NCBI GenBank assembly: GCA_017544165.1
Contig: JAFYER010000001.1
Span: 18,946-82,945, forward strand
DNA: 64,000 nucleotides
Reading direction: 5' to 3'
Source of the DNA: Bacilli bacterium
Lineage (GTDB): Bacteria > Bacillota_I > Bacilli_A > RF39 > UBA660
Position 1 is the first letter of the stretch. Each line of letters begins with the position of its first letter. The translations under genes were made by a program, and so were the position numbers. The notes under the pieces are model-generated. The model had not been told where the DNA came from. It saw only the letters and a list, made by a program, of their open reading frames with translations, and did no database searches. Positions 18,035 through 28,446 of the stretch are shown piece after piece.

Positions 18035-19837
18035 ATGAATAATAATAGGCCTAAAAAAGCTTACATAGTGATAATTGCTAGTATTATTCTTTTAGTATTA
18101 ATAGGAATTGCGTCTTATTCTTTTTTTAATATTGGAAATTTAAGCGTTTCAAATGTTGTAAATCTTAATGCTGTTACAGAGGAAAATAATATGGTGTTTG
18201 ATACATTGGGTGGGAATACTAGCCTTAATGTTACAATAGACAATATGCTTGAAAGTGCTGCAGGTACGATTGCTGCTGAAAACACTACGACACTTAATGT
18301 AACTTTTCAAGCAAATACAAGTTATAGTGTAGTTTGTTCTTATGATATTGTTTGGGAATGGACATCCACAGATAAATACCAAACACATACTTCTGGCGTA
18401 ACTGAAAATGAAATAACTATCCATGCAGAGTTAGATGGAAATGGGGCTGAAGGTACAAATAATATTCAAAGCGAAACGGATTTAGCCGATTTTGTAGGAA
18501 GCCAAACTAGCAAAACTGTAGTAAGTAGAGCCGCAATTGCTTCAACTGGAAGCACTGCAAATACGGTAACATGGTATTTAACTACTAGGTTTTATAATGT
18601 CGATGCTGATCAAAGCACTTTAGCTGGAAAAAATTATACGGGCAGATTCAAAGTAACTAATGTTGATTGTCAAAAAGGTACAGTACAAGTATCATTAGCA
18701 AATCATATTAGACATAACTTGCCTAAAAGTGGAACCGATGTAGTATCAAATAGTCCATGGATATTAACATCTGATCATGCTGGTGAATGGCGATATGCAG
18801 GTAAAAATCCAGATAACTACATATCTTTTAATGGTGAATTATGGCGAATAATAGGGGTAATGCCTGGCATGACTTATTGTACTGGAGAATATGGAAACGC
18901 AAATGAATGTGATACCACCGCAATCGGTAGTTTAGTTAAAATAATTAGAAATGATGCTTTAGGTATTTTTTCCTGGGACTATAAGCAAATAGGCGTAGGA
19001 TCATCGTTGTCTGATAATGGTTCTAGTGACTGGAGCGATAGTCAGTTAATGCTAATGTTAAACGGAATTAATTATTTAAAAACTGGATATGATGTTGATG
19101 GAAATAAATTACATGATGATTATTTCAATTTTCAAGGAATTATTAAGGATGCAAGTGGGAATGGATATTATAACGTATCGAAGCATTATTTAGATGAAAA
19201 TGGAACAACAATTTATATGCCGGCCAGTGCAACAATTAATGATGGATATACTGGAACTAGTGGGACAATTTCAAAGAAGATAGAAAGTAGTGCGTTTTCT
19301 CAAATAGCAACAGTAAAATGGGATTTGTATGGAGCAAATAATTATTCAACAGCTGCTGAGGGAAACACTTCCGCATTATATAATAAAGAAAGGAATATTA
19401 ATAATACAGGATCAGTATATATAGGAACAGCATCAGAAAAAAGAGCAGTATATTGGTATGGGAAAATAGGCTTAATGTATCCAAGCGATTTGGGATATGC
19501 AACTAACGGAGGAAGCACTTATGATAGAAACACATGTTTAGGATATCAAATAAAAGGATGGAATGTAAGTTCTTACAAAACGGATTGTATGAGAAATAGT
19601 TATTTATGGTTTTTAAATATAACTTCCTCTTCTCCAGGTAATTCAGGAAAAAACCAATGGACAATGATTCAAAATTCTAGTGTTTCTAGCAATATAATAT
19701 CTATTATATCATTAGGATTGATAAGTGATTTAAACGCAAAAGGTTCAGCTAATGTTAGACCCGCTTTGTATTTAAAAGCTGATACGCAGTTTGTTGGTGG
19801 AACGGGTACTTATAACGATCCATATACAATAGAGTAA
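18035..19837 (+). CDS. surface protein, paralogue 2 (AT-rich, non-VR-like C-terminal segment)
   Basis: About 600 aa. I chose the ATG at 18035, preceded by AGGGTG (the track ORF starts at GTG 18026). It shares the conserved blocks of paralogues 1 and 3. The C-terminal segment NQWTMIQNSSVSSNIISIISLGLISDLNAKGSANVRPALYLKA is encoded by ordinary AT-rich codons. Confidence 0.75.
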   Translation: MNNNRPKKAYIVIIASIILLVLIGIASYSFFNIGNLSVSNVVNLNAVTEENNMVFDTLGGNTSLNVTIDNMLESAAGTIAAENTTTLNVTFQANTSYSVVCSYDIVWEWTSTDKYQTHTSGVTENEITIHAELDGNGAEGTNNIQSETDLADFVGSQTSKTVVSRAAIASTGSTANTVTWYLTTRFYNVDADQSTLAGKNYTGRFKVTNVDCQKGTVQVSLANHIRHNLPKSGTDVVSNSPWILTSDHAGEWRYAGKNPDNYISFNGELWRIIGVMPGMTYCTGEYGNANECDTTAIGSLVKIIRNDALGIFSWDYKQIGVGSSLSDNGSSDWSDSQLMLMLNGINYLKTGYDVDGNKLHDDYFNFQGIIKDASGNGYYNVSKHYLDENGTTIYMPASATINDGYTGTSGTISKKIESSAFSQIATVKWDLYGANNYSTAAEGNTSALYNKERNINNTGSVYIGTASEKRAVYWYGKIGLMYPSDLGYATNGGSTYDRNTCLGYQIKGWNVSSYKTDCMRNSYLWFLNITSSSPGNSGKNQWTMIQNSSVSSNIISIISLGLISDLNAKGSANVRPALYLKADTQFVGGTGTYNDPYTIE

Positions 19838-19865
19838 GTTTATAATATTTACGTCAACTAAATAA

Positions 19866-19897
19866 AAAAGTAAGTATTTAAATATTTACTTTTTTTT
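19866..19897 (+). terminator. rho-independent terminator after paralogue 2
   Basis: AAAAGTAAGTATTT / AAATATTTACTTTT hairpin followed by a T-run. Confidence 0.65.
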
Positions 19898-19957
19898 ATG
19901 CTTGTAGTAATATAGTGGTAGACAGTGGTATACTGTGGAAGAAAGTGGGGGATGAAA

Positions 19958-20392
19958 ATGTTGATGGGTGAATTTCATCATAATATTGATGATAAAGGCC
20001 GTCTTGTAATTCCTACTAAATTCCGTATGGAGCTTGGCGAATCGTTTGTCCTAGCTCGTGGTCTTGAAAAGTGTTTATATGCTTATTCAATGACTGAATG
20101 GAATAAATTAGTAGAGAAATTAAACGAACTACCTTTTAATAAAAAAGATGTTCGAACATTTAACAGAACCTTCTTTTCTGGTGCTACTGTTTGTGAATTC
20201 GACAAAAACGGTCGGATAAACATTACCTCCCCATTGGTTAGTTACGCCGGTTTGGCAAGTAAATGTGTTATAATCGGCGTAAATGACCGACTAGAAATAT
20301 GGGATGAAAAAGCATTTGATAATTTCTTAACAGAATCTTCAGATAACATCGAATCTATCGCGGAGAATTTATTTGAAAACATATCATTATAG
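19958..20392 (+). CDS. mraZ: transcriptional regulator MraZ
   Basis: MLMGEFHHNIDDKGRLVIP... with duplicated SpoVT/AbrB-like halves (second DKNGRINIT). I chose the ATG at 19958 after the GTGGGGGA RBS. Confidence 0.9.
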   Translation: MLMGEFHHNIDDKGRLVIPTKFRMELGESFVLARGLEKCLYAYSMTEWNKLVEKLNELPFNKKDVRTFNRTFFSGATVCEFDKNGRINITSPLVSYAGLASKCVIIGVNDRLEIWDEKAFDNFLTESSDNIESIAENLFENISL

Positions 20393-21293
20393 TGTTTTAT
20401 TAAATGAAGTTATCGATGGCTTAAACATTAAGGAGGATGGCATATATATCGATGCCACAGTCGGATATGCTGGACATTCTAAGAAAATCTTAGAAAAGTG
20501 TAAAAAGGGTTTTTTGTTCGCCTTCGATGAAGATGCAACAGCGGTGGAGTATTCACAAAATTTGCTTCATAGCATAAGTGATAACTTTCAAATCTTTAGG
20601 GAAAATTTTGTAAACATGAAAGCGGTACTAAAAGATAAAAAAGTCGATGGTATCGTCTTTGACTTAGGATTTTCCTCACCACAAATTGATGATGAGACCC
20701 GGGGGTTCTCATTCATGGTGGATGGCCCACTTGATATGCGCATGGATCAAGCTAGCAATTTATCAGCTAGTGATATTGTAAACAATTATAGCGAAGAAGA
20801 TTTAACTAATATTTTCTATAGTTATGGGGAAGAAAAGTTATCTGGAGTTATAAGTAAAAAAATAATCGAAGAAAGAGCAAAGAAAAAGATAAGTACTACA
20901 ATGGAACTTGTCGAAATTATTAAAAAGGCAGTCGGAGCTAATTACTTTTTTAAAAATCATCCGGAAAGGAAAATATTTCAGGCTATTAGAATTGAAACTA
21001 ATAAAGAGCTTGAGGTTTTAAAAAAAGTATTACCCGAAGCAATTGACATGCTTAATCCCAGAGGAAGGATATGTGTAATTACATTTCATTCACTCGAGGA
21101 TAAGATCGTTAAAAATATTTTTAGAAAATATAGTGAAGTTGATGATATGGTCAAAGGCCTTCCTTTTGTACCCGATGAATATAAACCAATCATTAAACTT
21201 ATTAATAATAAACCGATAACAGCTAGTAGTAAGGAGCTAGCAGAAAATTCGCGTAGTCATAGTGCGAAACTTAGAATTATAGAAAGGATATAA
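20373..21293 (+). CDS. rsmH: 16S rRNA (cytosine1402-N4)-methyltransferase
   Basis: 306 aa. HYSVLLNEV, DATVGYAGHS, FDLGFSSPQID, SHSAKLR. Confidence 0.9.
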   Translation: MKTYHYSVLLNEVIDGLNIKEDGIYIDATVGYAGHSKKILEKCKKGFLFAFDEDATAVEYSQNLLHSISDNFQIFRENFVNMKAVLKDKKVDGIVFDLGFSSPQIDDETRGFSFMVDGPLDMRMDQASNLSASDIVNNYSEEDLTNIFYSYGEEKLSGVISKKIIEERAKKKISTTMELVEIIKKAVGANYFFKNHPERKIFQAIRIETNKELEVLKKVLPEAIDMLNPRGRICVITFHSLEDKIVKNIFRKYSEVDDMVKGLPFVPDEYKPIIKLINNKPITASSKELAENSRSHSAKLRIIERI

Positions 21294-21294
21294 G

Positions 21295-21591
21295 ATGGCA
21301 AAAAAGAAAGGTAAAAGATTAAAACTACTTAAGGGTGAAAAATTTATGGTAATTGTCGTAATACCTATGCTTTTTGCATTAATGCAAATTTTAAATGTTT
21401 ATACATCCTCAGTTATAACTAAAACTAATATTGAGGTCGAAGAATTAAAAATGAGCATTCAAAAACAAAAAGAGGAAAACGAAAGCTTATCTATGCAAAT
21501 TGATGAGCTTGCAAGTTTAGATAATATTCAAGAAGTAGCTAAAGAATATGGCCTTTCTTATAATAATTCCAACATCTTAAAAATCAAATAA
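21295..21591 (+). CDS. ftsL: cell division protein FtsL-like
   Basis: 98 aa with a single TM helix followed by a coiled coil. Its position between rsmH and the class B PBP supports the call. Confidence 0.6.
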   Translation: MAKKKGKRLKLLKGEKFMVIVVIPMLFALMQILNVYTSSVITKTNIEVEELKMSIQKQKEENESLSMQIDELASLDNIQEVAKEYGLSYNNSNILKIK

Positions 21592-21592
21592 T

Positions 21593-23692
21593 ATGAAAAA
21601 AAGAGTAACAGTTAAATCTAGTTTATTTGTACTATTAATTGTTGCTTTTTTATTATGCGCAGGCATAGTAAAACTTTTTTATGTGGCTGTATCAGATAAC
21701 GTCGATGGCGTTAATCTTCGGAAGTTTGCTGCTTCTCGTAATACCAAGGTTAAAACTTTACATGCCTCACGAGGAACTATTTATGATTCAAGTGGTGATG
21801 CCCTTGCCATGTCTGTTAATTCATATAAAATAATAGCTTATTTAAGTAAATCAAGAACCACTAATCCTGAAGAACCAAAGCATGTTGTCGATAAAGAAAT
21901 GACGGCAGAAAAATTATCACCAATTTTAGATATTCCTAAAGAACAAATCTTAGAATACTTAAATAAAGAAGCTTATCAAGTGGAATTTGGTAGTAAGGGT
22001 AAGAATTTAACCGAAATAACTAAAAAGCAAATCGAAGATTTAGAACTACCGGGTATAGATTTTATTGAAAGTACCCAAAGATATTATAAAATGAGTAATT
22101 TTGCTTCTTATATTATTGGCTATGCTAAAACAGATGATGATGGGCAAATAAAAGGTGAGCTTGGTATCGAAGGATATTATGATGATACCTTAAAGGGTAA
22201 AGATGGTTTTATTGAATATCAAAGTGATGCATATGGTTATCAACTTCCCAATGTCCCTGTTTACGAAGAAGAAGCTGAAAGTGGTAATGATATTTATTTG
22301 ACAATTGATAGCAATATTCAACTTATATGTGAAAATGCTATTCATGACTTAAGTGAAAACTATGATATGGATTGGGCAATACTTGCTATTATGGATGCCA
22401 AAACTGGAGCAATTGTGGCATCAGCGACTAATCCTAGTTTTAATCCAAATAATTTAAATACTTTAGAAAGTTATCTAAACCCTTTAGTATCATATTCTTA
22501 TGAACCAGGTTCAACAATGAAAATCTTTTCTTGGGCTGCTGCTATTGAAGAGGGCCTATATAAGGGCAGCGATACATTTAAATCAGGTTCAATTGATGTA
22601 GCAGATGTAACAATATCTGACTTTAACAAAGTGGGATGGGGTCAAATTACTTTTGATACAGGATTTGCTTATTCTTCGAATGTTGCTGCTACAATTTTAT
22701 CTCAAAAACTTGGCAAACATAAGTTATATGATCATTTAGATAGTTTTGGTTTTGGTCAAAAAACAGGAATAGAATTATCCGGAGAACTTGCTGGTGATAT
22801 TGATTTTGTCTATGAAAGTGAAGTTGCTACGGCATCATTTGGTCAAGGCATAAGTGTAACACCAATTCAGTTAATGAAGGCTTTAACAGCAATTTCTAAT
22901 GATGGTATTTTGCTTGAACCATATATTGTAAGTAGAATTGTAAGTTCAAGTGGTAAGGTTGTCAGCGAAAATAATCGGACAACAATTGGTAGAGTCATGA
23001 AAAAAGAAACTGCTAAAAAGATGCAAGAATTAATGTATAATGTTAACTATAATGGCCTTTCAAAAATATGGCAACCTCAGAGTGTCGAGATGATTATTAA
23101 AACTGGTACTGCGCAAATAGCTTCGACTAGTGGTGGTTATTTAGATGGACAATATGATAATATTTCATCCTTAGCAGGTATTTTTCCAGCTGAAAAACCA
23201 AGATATATTCTTTATGCAGCTGTCAAAAAACTTGTTGGTAATCAAAGTGTGGTGGCTAATATGGTGACAAAAACCGTTGATGAAATAGCGTCATATGCTA
23301 ACCTAACTGATGAAAAAGAAGTAAGTGTATATAAAGAAAACATCATTGAGATTCCTAATTATATGTCTAAAAAAACCGAAGATGTAGTAAATGATTTGAA
23401 TTCAAAAGGAATAAATGCGGTTATATTAGGAAATGGTGATTATGTAATTAGTTATTATCCATATACGTCTTCATCAGTGGTAAAGGGCTCTAAAGTATTT
23501 GTTATAACTAACGATAGTCATTATATTATGAATGACTTAACTAGCTGGAGTTTATCAGAGATAAAAACATATGCTAAACTCACTGGTTTAGATCTTGATT
23601 ATCATGGATATGGATATGCTATAAGTCAATCAATTCCTCCTGGTAGTGAACTTACCTATAATCAAAAATTAGAAATAGAATTAGAGAATTAA
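21593..23692 (+). CDS. class B penicillin-binding protein (FtsI/PBP2B-like) with two C-terminal PASTA domains
   Basis: 699 aa. Motifs SxxK (GSTMK), SxN (YSSN) and KTG (KTGTA), then two PASTA-like repeats. Confidence 0.88.
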   Translation: MKKRVTVKSSLFVLLIVAFLLCAGIVKLFYVAVSDNVDGVNLRKFAASRNTKVKTLHASRGTIYDSSGDALAMSVNSYKIIAYLSKSRTTNPEEPKHVVDKEMTAEKLSPILDIPKEQILEYLNKEAYQVEFGSKGKNLTEITKKQIEDLELPGIDFIESTQRYYKMSNFASYIIGYAKTDDDGQIKGELGIEGYYDDTLKGKDGFIEYQSDAYGYQLPNVPVYEEEAESGNDIYLTIDSNIQLICENAIHDLSENYDMDWAILAIMDAKTGAIVASATNPSFNPNNLNTLESYLNPLVSYSYEPGSTMKIFSWAAAIEEGLYKGSDTFKSGSIDVADVTISDFNKVGWGQITFDTGFAYSSNVAATILSQKLGKHKLYDHLDSFGFGQKTGIELSGELAGDIDFVYESEVATASFGQGISVTPIQLMKALTAISNDGILLEPYIVSRIVSSSGKVVSENNRTTIGRVMKKETAKKMQELMYNVNYNGLSKIWQPQSVEMIIKTGTAQIASTSGGYLDGQYDNISSLAGIFPAEKPRYILYAAVKKLVGNQSVVANMVTKTVDEIASYANLTDEKEVSVYKENIIEIPNYMSKKTEDVVNDLNSKGINAVILGNGDYVISYYPYTSSSVVKGSKVFVITNDSHYIMNDLTSWSLSEIKTYAKLTGLDLDYHGYGYAISQSIPPGSELTYNQKLEIELEN

Positions 23693-23694
23693 AA

Positions 23695-23723
23695 AAGTAG
23701 ATAATTTGAAAATCTACTTTTTA
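23695..23723 (+). terminator. rho-independent terminator after the PBP gene
   Basis: AAGTAGAT-loop-ATCTACTT followed by TTT. Confidence 0.65.
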
Positions 23724-23773
23724 TTATTAGATTAAATAGTAAAAAAATAATATGTAAAAAAAGTGTAATATGC

Positions 23774-23802
23774 TTTACAAATATCTTTTTCAAAACTATA
23801 AT
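23774..23802 (+). promoter_or_regulatory. sigma-A-type promoter of lon
   Basis: TTTACA-17 nt-TATAAT. Confidence 0.55.
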
Positions 23803-23830
23803 AAATTTTAATATTTTTGGAGGAGATTGT

Positions 23831-26089
23831 ATGACTAACTACATACCCGTTTTTATCCTAAGTGAATTAGTAATCCTTCCAAATCAAGAGATTAAAATTG
23901 ATTTAAATAATGACCTTAGTAAAAAAGTCATTAAGGAAGCATGCAAATTAGATGACGCGAGTGTGCTTGTTATTGCCCCCAAAAATTCTTTAGAAACATC
24001 AGTATCAATCGAGGATTTTCCCAAAGTTGGCGTTATTGCCAAAATTAAAAATAAAATAGAACTATCGAATGGTAATTTGAGAATTACTTTGAAAGGTAAG
24101 AAAAGAGTACATATATCAAAGTATTTTCAAAATAAAACTACTAAAATTTTAAAATGTTCATATGAGGAAATAGAACTACCTAAGTTTGATAAAGCTCAAG
24201 AATCGGCTATCAAAAGAAAGCTAATATCTTTAACCGAAGAATATATATCACTTAACCCTAGTATTTCTAATAGCATTTTAAATACTCTAAAAGAGGATCA
24301 TGATTTAAATCATATAACGGATGTTATCACTTCTTTTATGCCTTTTAAGTTTGCAAAAAAAACCGAATATATGGAGTGTATCAATGCTATTAAAAGAGCG
24401 GAAAAGTTAATCGATGATTTATCCGAAGAAATAAATATCAGTAATATCGATAAAAAAATCGAAGAAAAACTCCAAGAAAACTTAGAAAAAAGTCAAAGAG
24501 AGTATATTTTAAAAGAAAAGATTAAAGAAATTAATAGTGAACTTGGCAATGATCGGATTGATGAAATAGCTAGTCTTACTGAAATAGTTAATTCTTTAAA
24601 AGTCGATAATTCAATTAAAAACAAATTATTATTAGAAATAAAAAAGTATTCAATTTCCTCAGAGTATAGCCCTGAAAGCGCTCTTTTAAAAAACTATATT
24701 GACACAGTTATTAATCTTCCTTGGAATAAAAGAAGTGATGAAAATACAAATGTTAAAGAGATAAAAGATTATTTAAATGAAAGCCATTATGGACTTACGG
24801 AAATTAAAGATCGAATTACTGAGTATGTAACTATTAAGAAAAATAGTGAGCATATAAGCGCGCCAATTATTTGTTTGGTTGGTCCTCCGGGTGTAGGTAA
24901 AACCTCAATTGCCATGGCTATCGCGGGCAGTTTAAATCTTAAGTTTTATAAAATTAGTGTTGGTGGTCTTAATGACTCAACTGAGCTAATCGGTTCAAGA
25001 AAGACTTATCTTGGAGCTATGCCTGGTAAAATAATGCAAGCAATTATCAAGAGTGATGTTAAAAATCCGGTTATTTTAATTGACGAAGTAGATAAGTTAG
25101 TTAAAGATTATAAGGGAGATCCCGCGGCTACACTTCTTGAAATACTTGATGAAACCCAAAATAAATATTTTGTCGATAATTATATCGAAGAGCCTTTTGA
25201 TTTATCTGAAGTTATTTTTATCTTGACCGCTAATGAAGCAGATAAGATACCTAATACTTTACTTGATAGGCTAGAAATAATACCTATCGATAGCTATTCA
25301 ATTTATGAAAAAATTGGCATTGCTAAAAACTATTTATTAAAGGAAATATTCGAAGAATATAATGTGAATTATAAAGTTTCTAAAGAAGTTCTTGAATATA
25401 TCGTAACAAAATATACTAAAGAACCTGGTGTAAGAGAATTAAAAAGAATTTTAGAAAAACTAGTTAGAAAAATATATGTCTATGAGGAAGGCATGAAAAG
25501 TATAACAATTAACCTAGCCAATAAATATCTTGGCAAAGAAATAGTTAATTATCTTCCTAAGATAAGAAATTATGGTATTGCTAATACTTTAGCATATACT
25601 ACATTAGGCGGGCTTACATCTCATGTCGAAGTATCTAAAGTGGCAGGTACAGGTAAGCTTACCATTACTGGCAATACTGGTGACATCTTAAAAGAAAGCG
25701 TCGAAGTTGTAAAAGCCTTTTTAGCAAGTGAATATGAAATTGATACAAATAGTTTTGATATTCATGTTCATTTTCTATCTGCTTCTCAAAAGAAGGATGG
25801 ACCATCAGCGGGTGTTTCCATTGCGGTTGCCATGATTTCTCTATTTGAAAAAAGACTTGTTGATGGTGATGTTGCTTTTACGGGTGAAATGACTTTAAAA
25901 GGGGAAATTTTACCAGTCGGAGGTTTAAAAGAAAAATTAATTGCCTGCGCTAACGAAGGCATTAAAACAGTGTTTATTCCAAGAGCTAATGAAATGGATT
26001 TAATTGATATTCCCGAAAATGTTTTTGATTTAGTATCAATTAAGCTTGTAAGTGACTTTACGGAAATATATGATGCTCTTTTTCGTTAA
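23831..26089 (+). CDS. lon: ATP-dependent Lon protease (LonA)
   Basis: 752 aa. N-terminal LON domain, Walker A GPPGVGKTS, Walker B ILIDEVDK, protease motif KKDGPSAGVS with downstream GGLKEK. Confidence 0.93.
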   Translation: MTNYIPVFILSELVILPNQEIKIDLNNDLSKKVIKEACKLDDASVLVIAPKNSLETSVSIEDFPKVGVIAKIKNKIELSNGNLRITLKGKKRVHISKYFQNKTTKILKCSYEEIELPKFDKAQESAIKRKLISLTEEYISLNPSISNSILNTLKEDHDLNHITDVITSFMPFKFAKKTEYMECINAIKRAEKLIDDLSEEINISNIDKKIEEKLQENLEKSQREYILKEKIKEINSELGNDRIDEIASLTEIVNSLKVDNSIKNKLLLEIKKYSISSEYSPESALLKNYIDTVINLPWNKRSDENTNVKEIKDYLNESHYGLTEIKDRITEYVTIKKNSEHISAPIICLVGPPGVGKTSIAMAIAGSLNLKFYKISVGGLNDSTELIGSRKTYLGAMPGKIMQAIIKSDVKNPVILIDEVDKLVKDYKGDPAATLLEILDETQNKYFVDNYIEEPFDLSEVIFILTANEADKIPNTLLDRLEIIPIDSYSIYEKIGIAKNYLLKEIFEEYNVNYKVSKEVLEYIVTKYTKEPGVRELKRILEKLVRKIYVYEEGMKSITINLANKYLGKEIVNYLPKIRNYGIANTLAYTTLGGLTSHVEVSKVAGTGKLTITGNTGDILKESVEVVKAFLASEYEIDTNSFDIHVHFLSASQKKDGPSAGVSIAVAMISLFEKRLVDGDVAFTGEMTLKGEILPVGGLKEKLIACANEGIKTVFIPRANEMDLIDIPENVFDLVSIKLVSDFTEIYDALFR

Positions 26090-26132
26090 TTATGATATAA
26101 TCAGTATGAACTTTATAAAGGAATGAGAAGTA

Positions 26133-26852
26133 ATGAATTTAAAAGATATCAATTACCTTGATTATGGTAAAGATGAAAAAGGTACTATTGTATTACTTCA
26201 TGGATGGGGCCAAAATATCGAAATGATGGATATGCTTGGTAGACCATTTTCAGATAAGTTTCGCGTTATTGTTTTAGATTTGCCTGGTTTTGGGCAAACT
26301 CCTGAACCGAGTAAGCCTTGGTCAGTCGAAGATTATACGGAAATGTTATCTGATTTTTTAAGTTCCCTAAAAGTTAAAAATCCAATTCTTATAGGCCATT
26401 CATTCGGTGGAAGAATTGCTATTTGTTATGCGGCCAAATATGAGACAGAAAAGGTTGTTTTATTATCTAGTCCTTTTAGACCAAGCAAGAAAAAAAGTTC
26501 ATTTAAAACAAAGATATATAAATTAGTTAAAAAGGTTAAATTTCTAAGACCCCTTACTGAGAAATTAAGAAAGAAATGGGGGTCAGCTGATTACTTAAAT
26601 GCTAGTGAAATTAACAGGGGAACGCTTGTCAAAGTTGTCAATGAGGACTTAACTGAATATGCAAAAAACATCAAATGTCCAGTATTACTTATTTATGGCC
26701 AAAAAGATGTCGATGTGCCTATTACCGAAGGCCAAGCTTTAGAACAATTAATACCTGATGCTGGACTTGTTACCTACGAGGAAGCTCATCACTATGCTTA
26801 TTTAGAAAAGTTAAGTCAAACGTTATCAATTTTAAATAATTTTTTTGAATAA
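26133..26852 (+). CDS. alpha/beta-fold hydrolase
   Basis: 239 aa. HGWG oxyanion region, nucleophile elbow GHSFGG, C-terminal His (EEAHHY). Confidence 0.75.
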   Translation: MNLKDINYLDYGKDEKGTIVLLHGWGQNIEMMDMLGRPFSDKFRVIVLDLPGFGQTPEPSKPWSVEDYTEMLSDFLSSLKVKNPILIGHSFGGRIAICYAAKYETEKVVLLSSPFRPSKKKSSFKTKIYKLVKKVKFLRPLTEKLRKKWGSADYLNASEINRGTLVKVVNEDLTEYAKNIKCPVLLIYGQKDVDVPITEGQALEQLIPDAGLVTYEEAHHYAYLEKLSQTLSILNNFFE

Positions 26853-26863
26853 AAAGGAGATCT

Positions 26864-28444
26864 ATGAAAATATTATTGATTATTATCTTACTTGATACTT
26901 TGTTTATAATTTCATCACTTTTTGAACTTTTGATGCTTCAACAAAACAGCTATAACGAAAATAAGAGTTTTGCTAAATTTATGGCAAGTTTTGTAAAAAA
27001 AGAGTATCAAGTTTATTTTCTAAAATTTCTATTTGGTATATGTTTAATACTATTTACGGATTTTAGTAATATTTTAACAGTTTTTTATTTTGTAATTTGT
27101 TCTATATTGCTTTTAAAAGCTTATTTGGATTTTCGAAAATATAATGATAAATTACCTTTAAAATATACTAAAAGAATGATAAGAATTATGAGCTTTGATT
27201 ATCTTTTATTTTTGGTTTTAGAATTATTATTAAAAAGATTAGCACTACCAGTAAGCGTTGGTATTTTAATGCTTTATATAACCTTTAATAGTTTGATATT
27301 AATTGTTATTGTTTATTTACTAAGGCCAGTTGAAAAAACGATATTTAATCACTATAAAAAAGAAGCTTTAGATAAACTTTCTAAAATGCAAGGAATTAAT
27401 ATTATTGGTATTACGGGATCTTTTGGTAAAACGAGCACTAAAATGATTTTAGAAAGTATTTTAAGTACGACTTATAAAGGCTTTTATACACCAAATTCAT
27501 TTAACACCCCTAATGGCCTTTTGATGACGATTAATAAAGAGCAAACGATATTTAACGATTATTTTATTGCCGAAATGGGAGCTAAAAAAGTAGGAGAAAT
27601 AAAAGAGCTTGCGGATTTGGTTCATCCAAAATATGGCATTTTAACTTCGATTGGAGCTGCTCATCTCGAAACTTTTAAATCAATCGATAATATTTGTAAA
27701 ACCAAATTTGAATTAATTGAATCACTTCCAAGTGATGGAGTAGCAGTTTTAAATAAAGATGATGAATACATGGTTAATTATAACTTGAAAAATAATTGTG
27801 AAGTTATTTGGATAGGTATTGAAAATGATGCAGATGTCACGGCTAAAAATATCAAAGTATCAAATAAAGGAACTAGTTTTGATATCATCTTTAAAGATTC
27901 GAAAGAAAAGATTAAAGCAAATACAATATTGCTTGGCAATAAAAATGTCTATAATATTTTAGCTTCGGTAGCTTTAGCAAAAAAGTTAGGCGTAACAAAT
28001 GCAAATATTGCTAGGGGAATTAGTAATATTGCTCCTATCAATCATCGCTTAGAAATAAAAGAGTATCAAAATATTACAATTATTGATGATGCATTTAATT
28101 CTAATCCAGTGGGAGCCAAAAATGCACTAGATGTTTTATCACTTATGGATAATCAAAAATTTATTATTACCCCAGGTATGATTGAAATGGGTGAGGAAGA
28201 AGAAACATTAAACTATGAGTTTGGAAAACAAATAGCAAGTGTATGTGATATGGTTTTTCTAGTAGGACCTAAACATACCAAACCAATTTATTTAGGTTTA
28301 AAAGATGAAAACTATGATGAAAATGATATCATTGTCGTATCCTCTTTCAAGGAAGGATACCAAAAAGCTATGGAATTAGCTGGTAACAAAAAGACAAACA
28401 TTTTAATCGAAAATGATTTGCCAGATAGTTATACGGAGGGATAA
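26864..28444 (+). CDS. murF: UDP-MurNAc-tripeptide--D-Ala-D-Ala ligase with an unusual ~165-aa multi-TM N-terminal extension
   Basis: 526 aa. Mur ligase P-loop GITGSFGKTSTK lies at about residue 185, with DDAFNSNP near the C-terminus. Residues 1-165 are strongly hydrophobic (about 4-5 helices). Confidence 0.8.
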   Translation: MKILLIIILLDTLFIISSLFELLMLQQNSYNENKSFAKFMASFVKKEYQVYFLKFLFGICLILFTDFSNILTVFYFVICSILLLKAYLDFRKYNDKLPLKYTKRMIRIMSFDYLLFLVLELLLKRLALPVSVGILMLYITFNSLILIVIVYLLRPVEKTIFNHYKKEALDKLSKMQGINIIGITGSFGKTSTKMILESILSTTYKGFYTPNSFNTPNGLLMTINKEQTIFNDYFIAEMGAKKVGEIKELADLVHPKYGILTSIGAAHLETFKSIDNICKTKFELIESLPSDGVAVLNKDDEYMVNYNLKNNCEVIWIGIENDADVTAKNIKVSNKGTSFDIIFKDSKEKIKANTILLGNKNVYNILASVALAKKLGVTNANIARGISNIAPINHRLEIKEYQNITIIDDAFNSNPVGAKNALDVLSLMDNQKFIITPGMIEMGEEEETLNYEFGKQIASVCDMVFLVGPKHTKPIYLGLKDENYDENDIIVVSSFKEGYQKAMELAGNKKTNILIENDLPDSYTEG

Positions 28445-28446
28445 AA

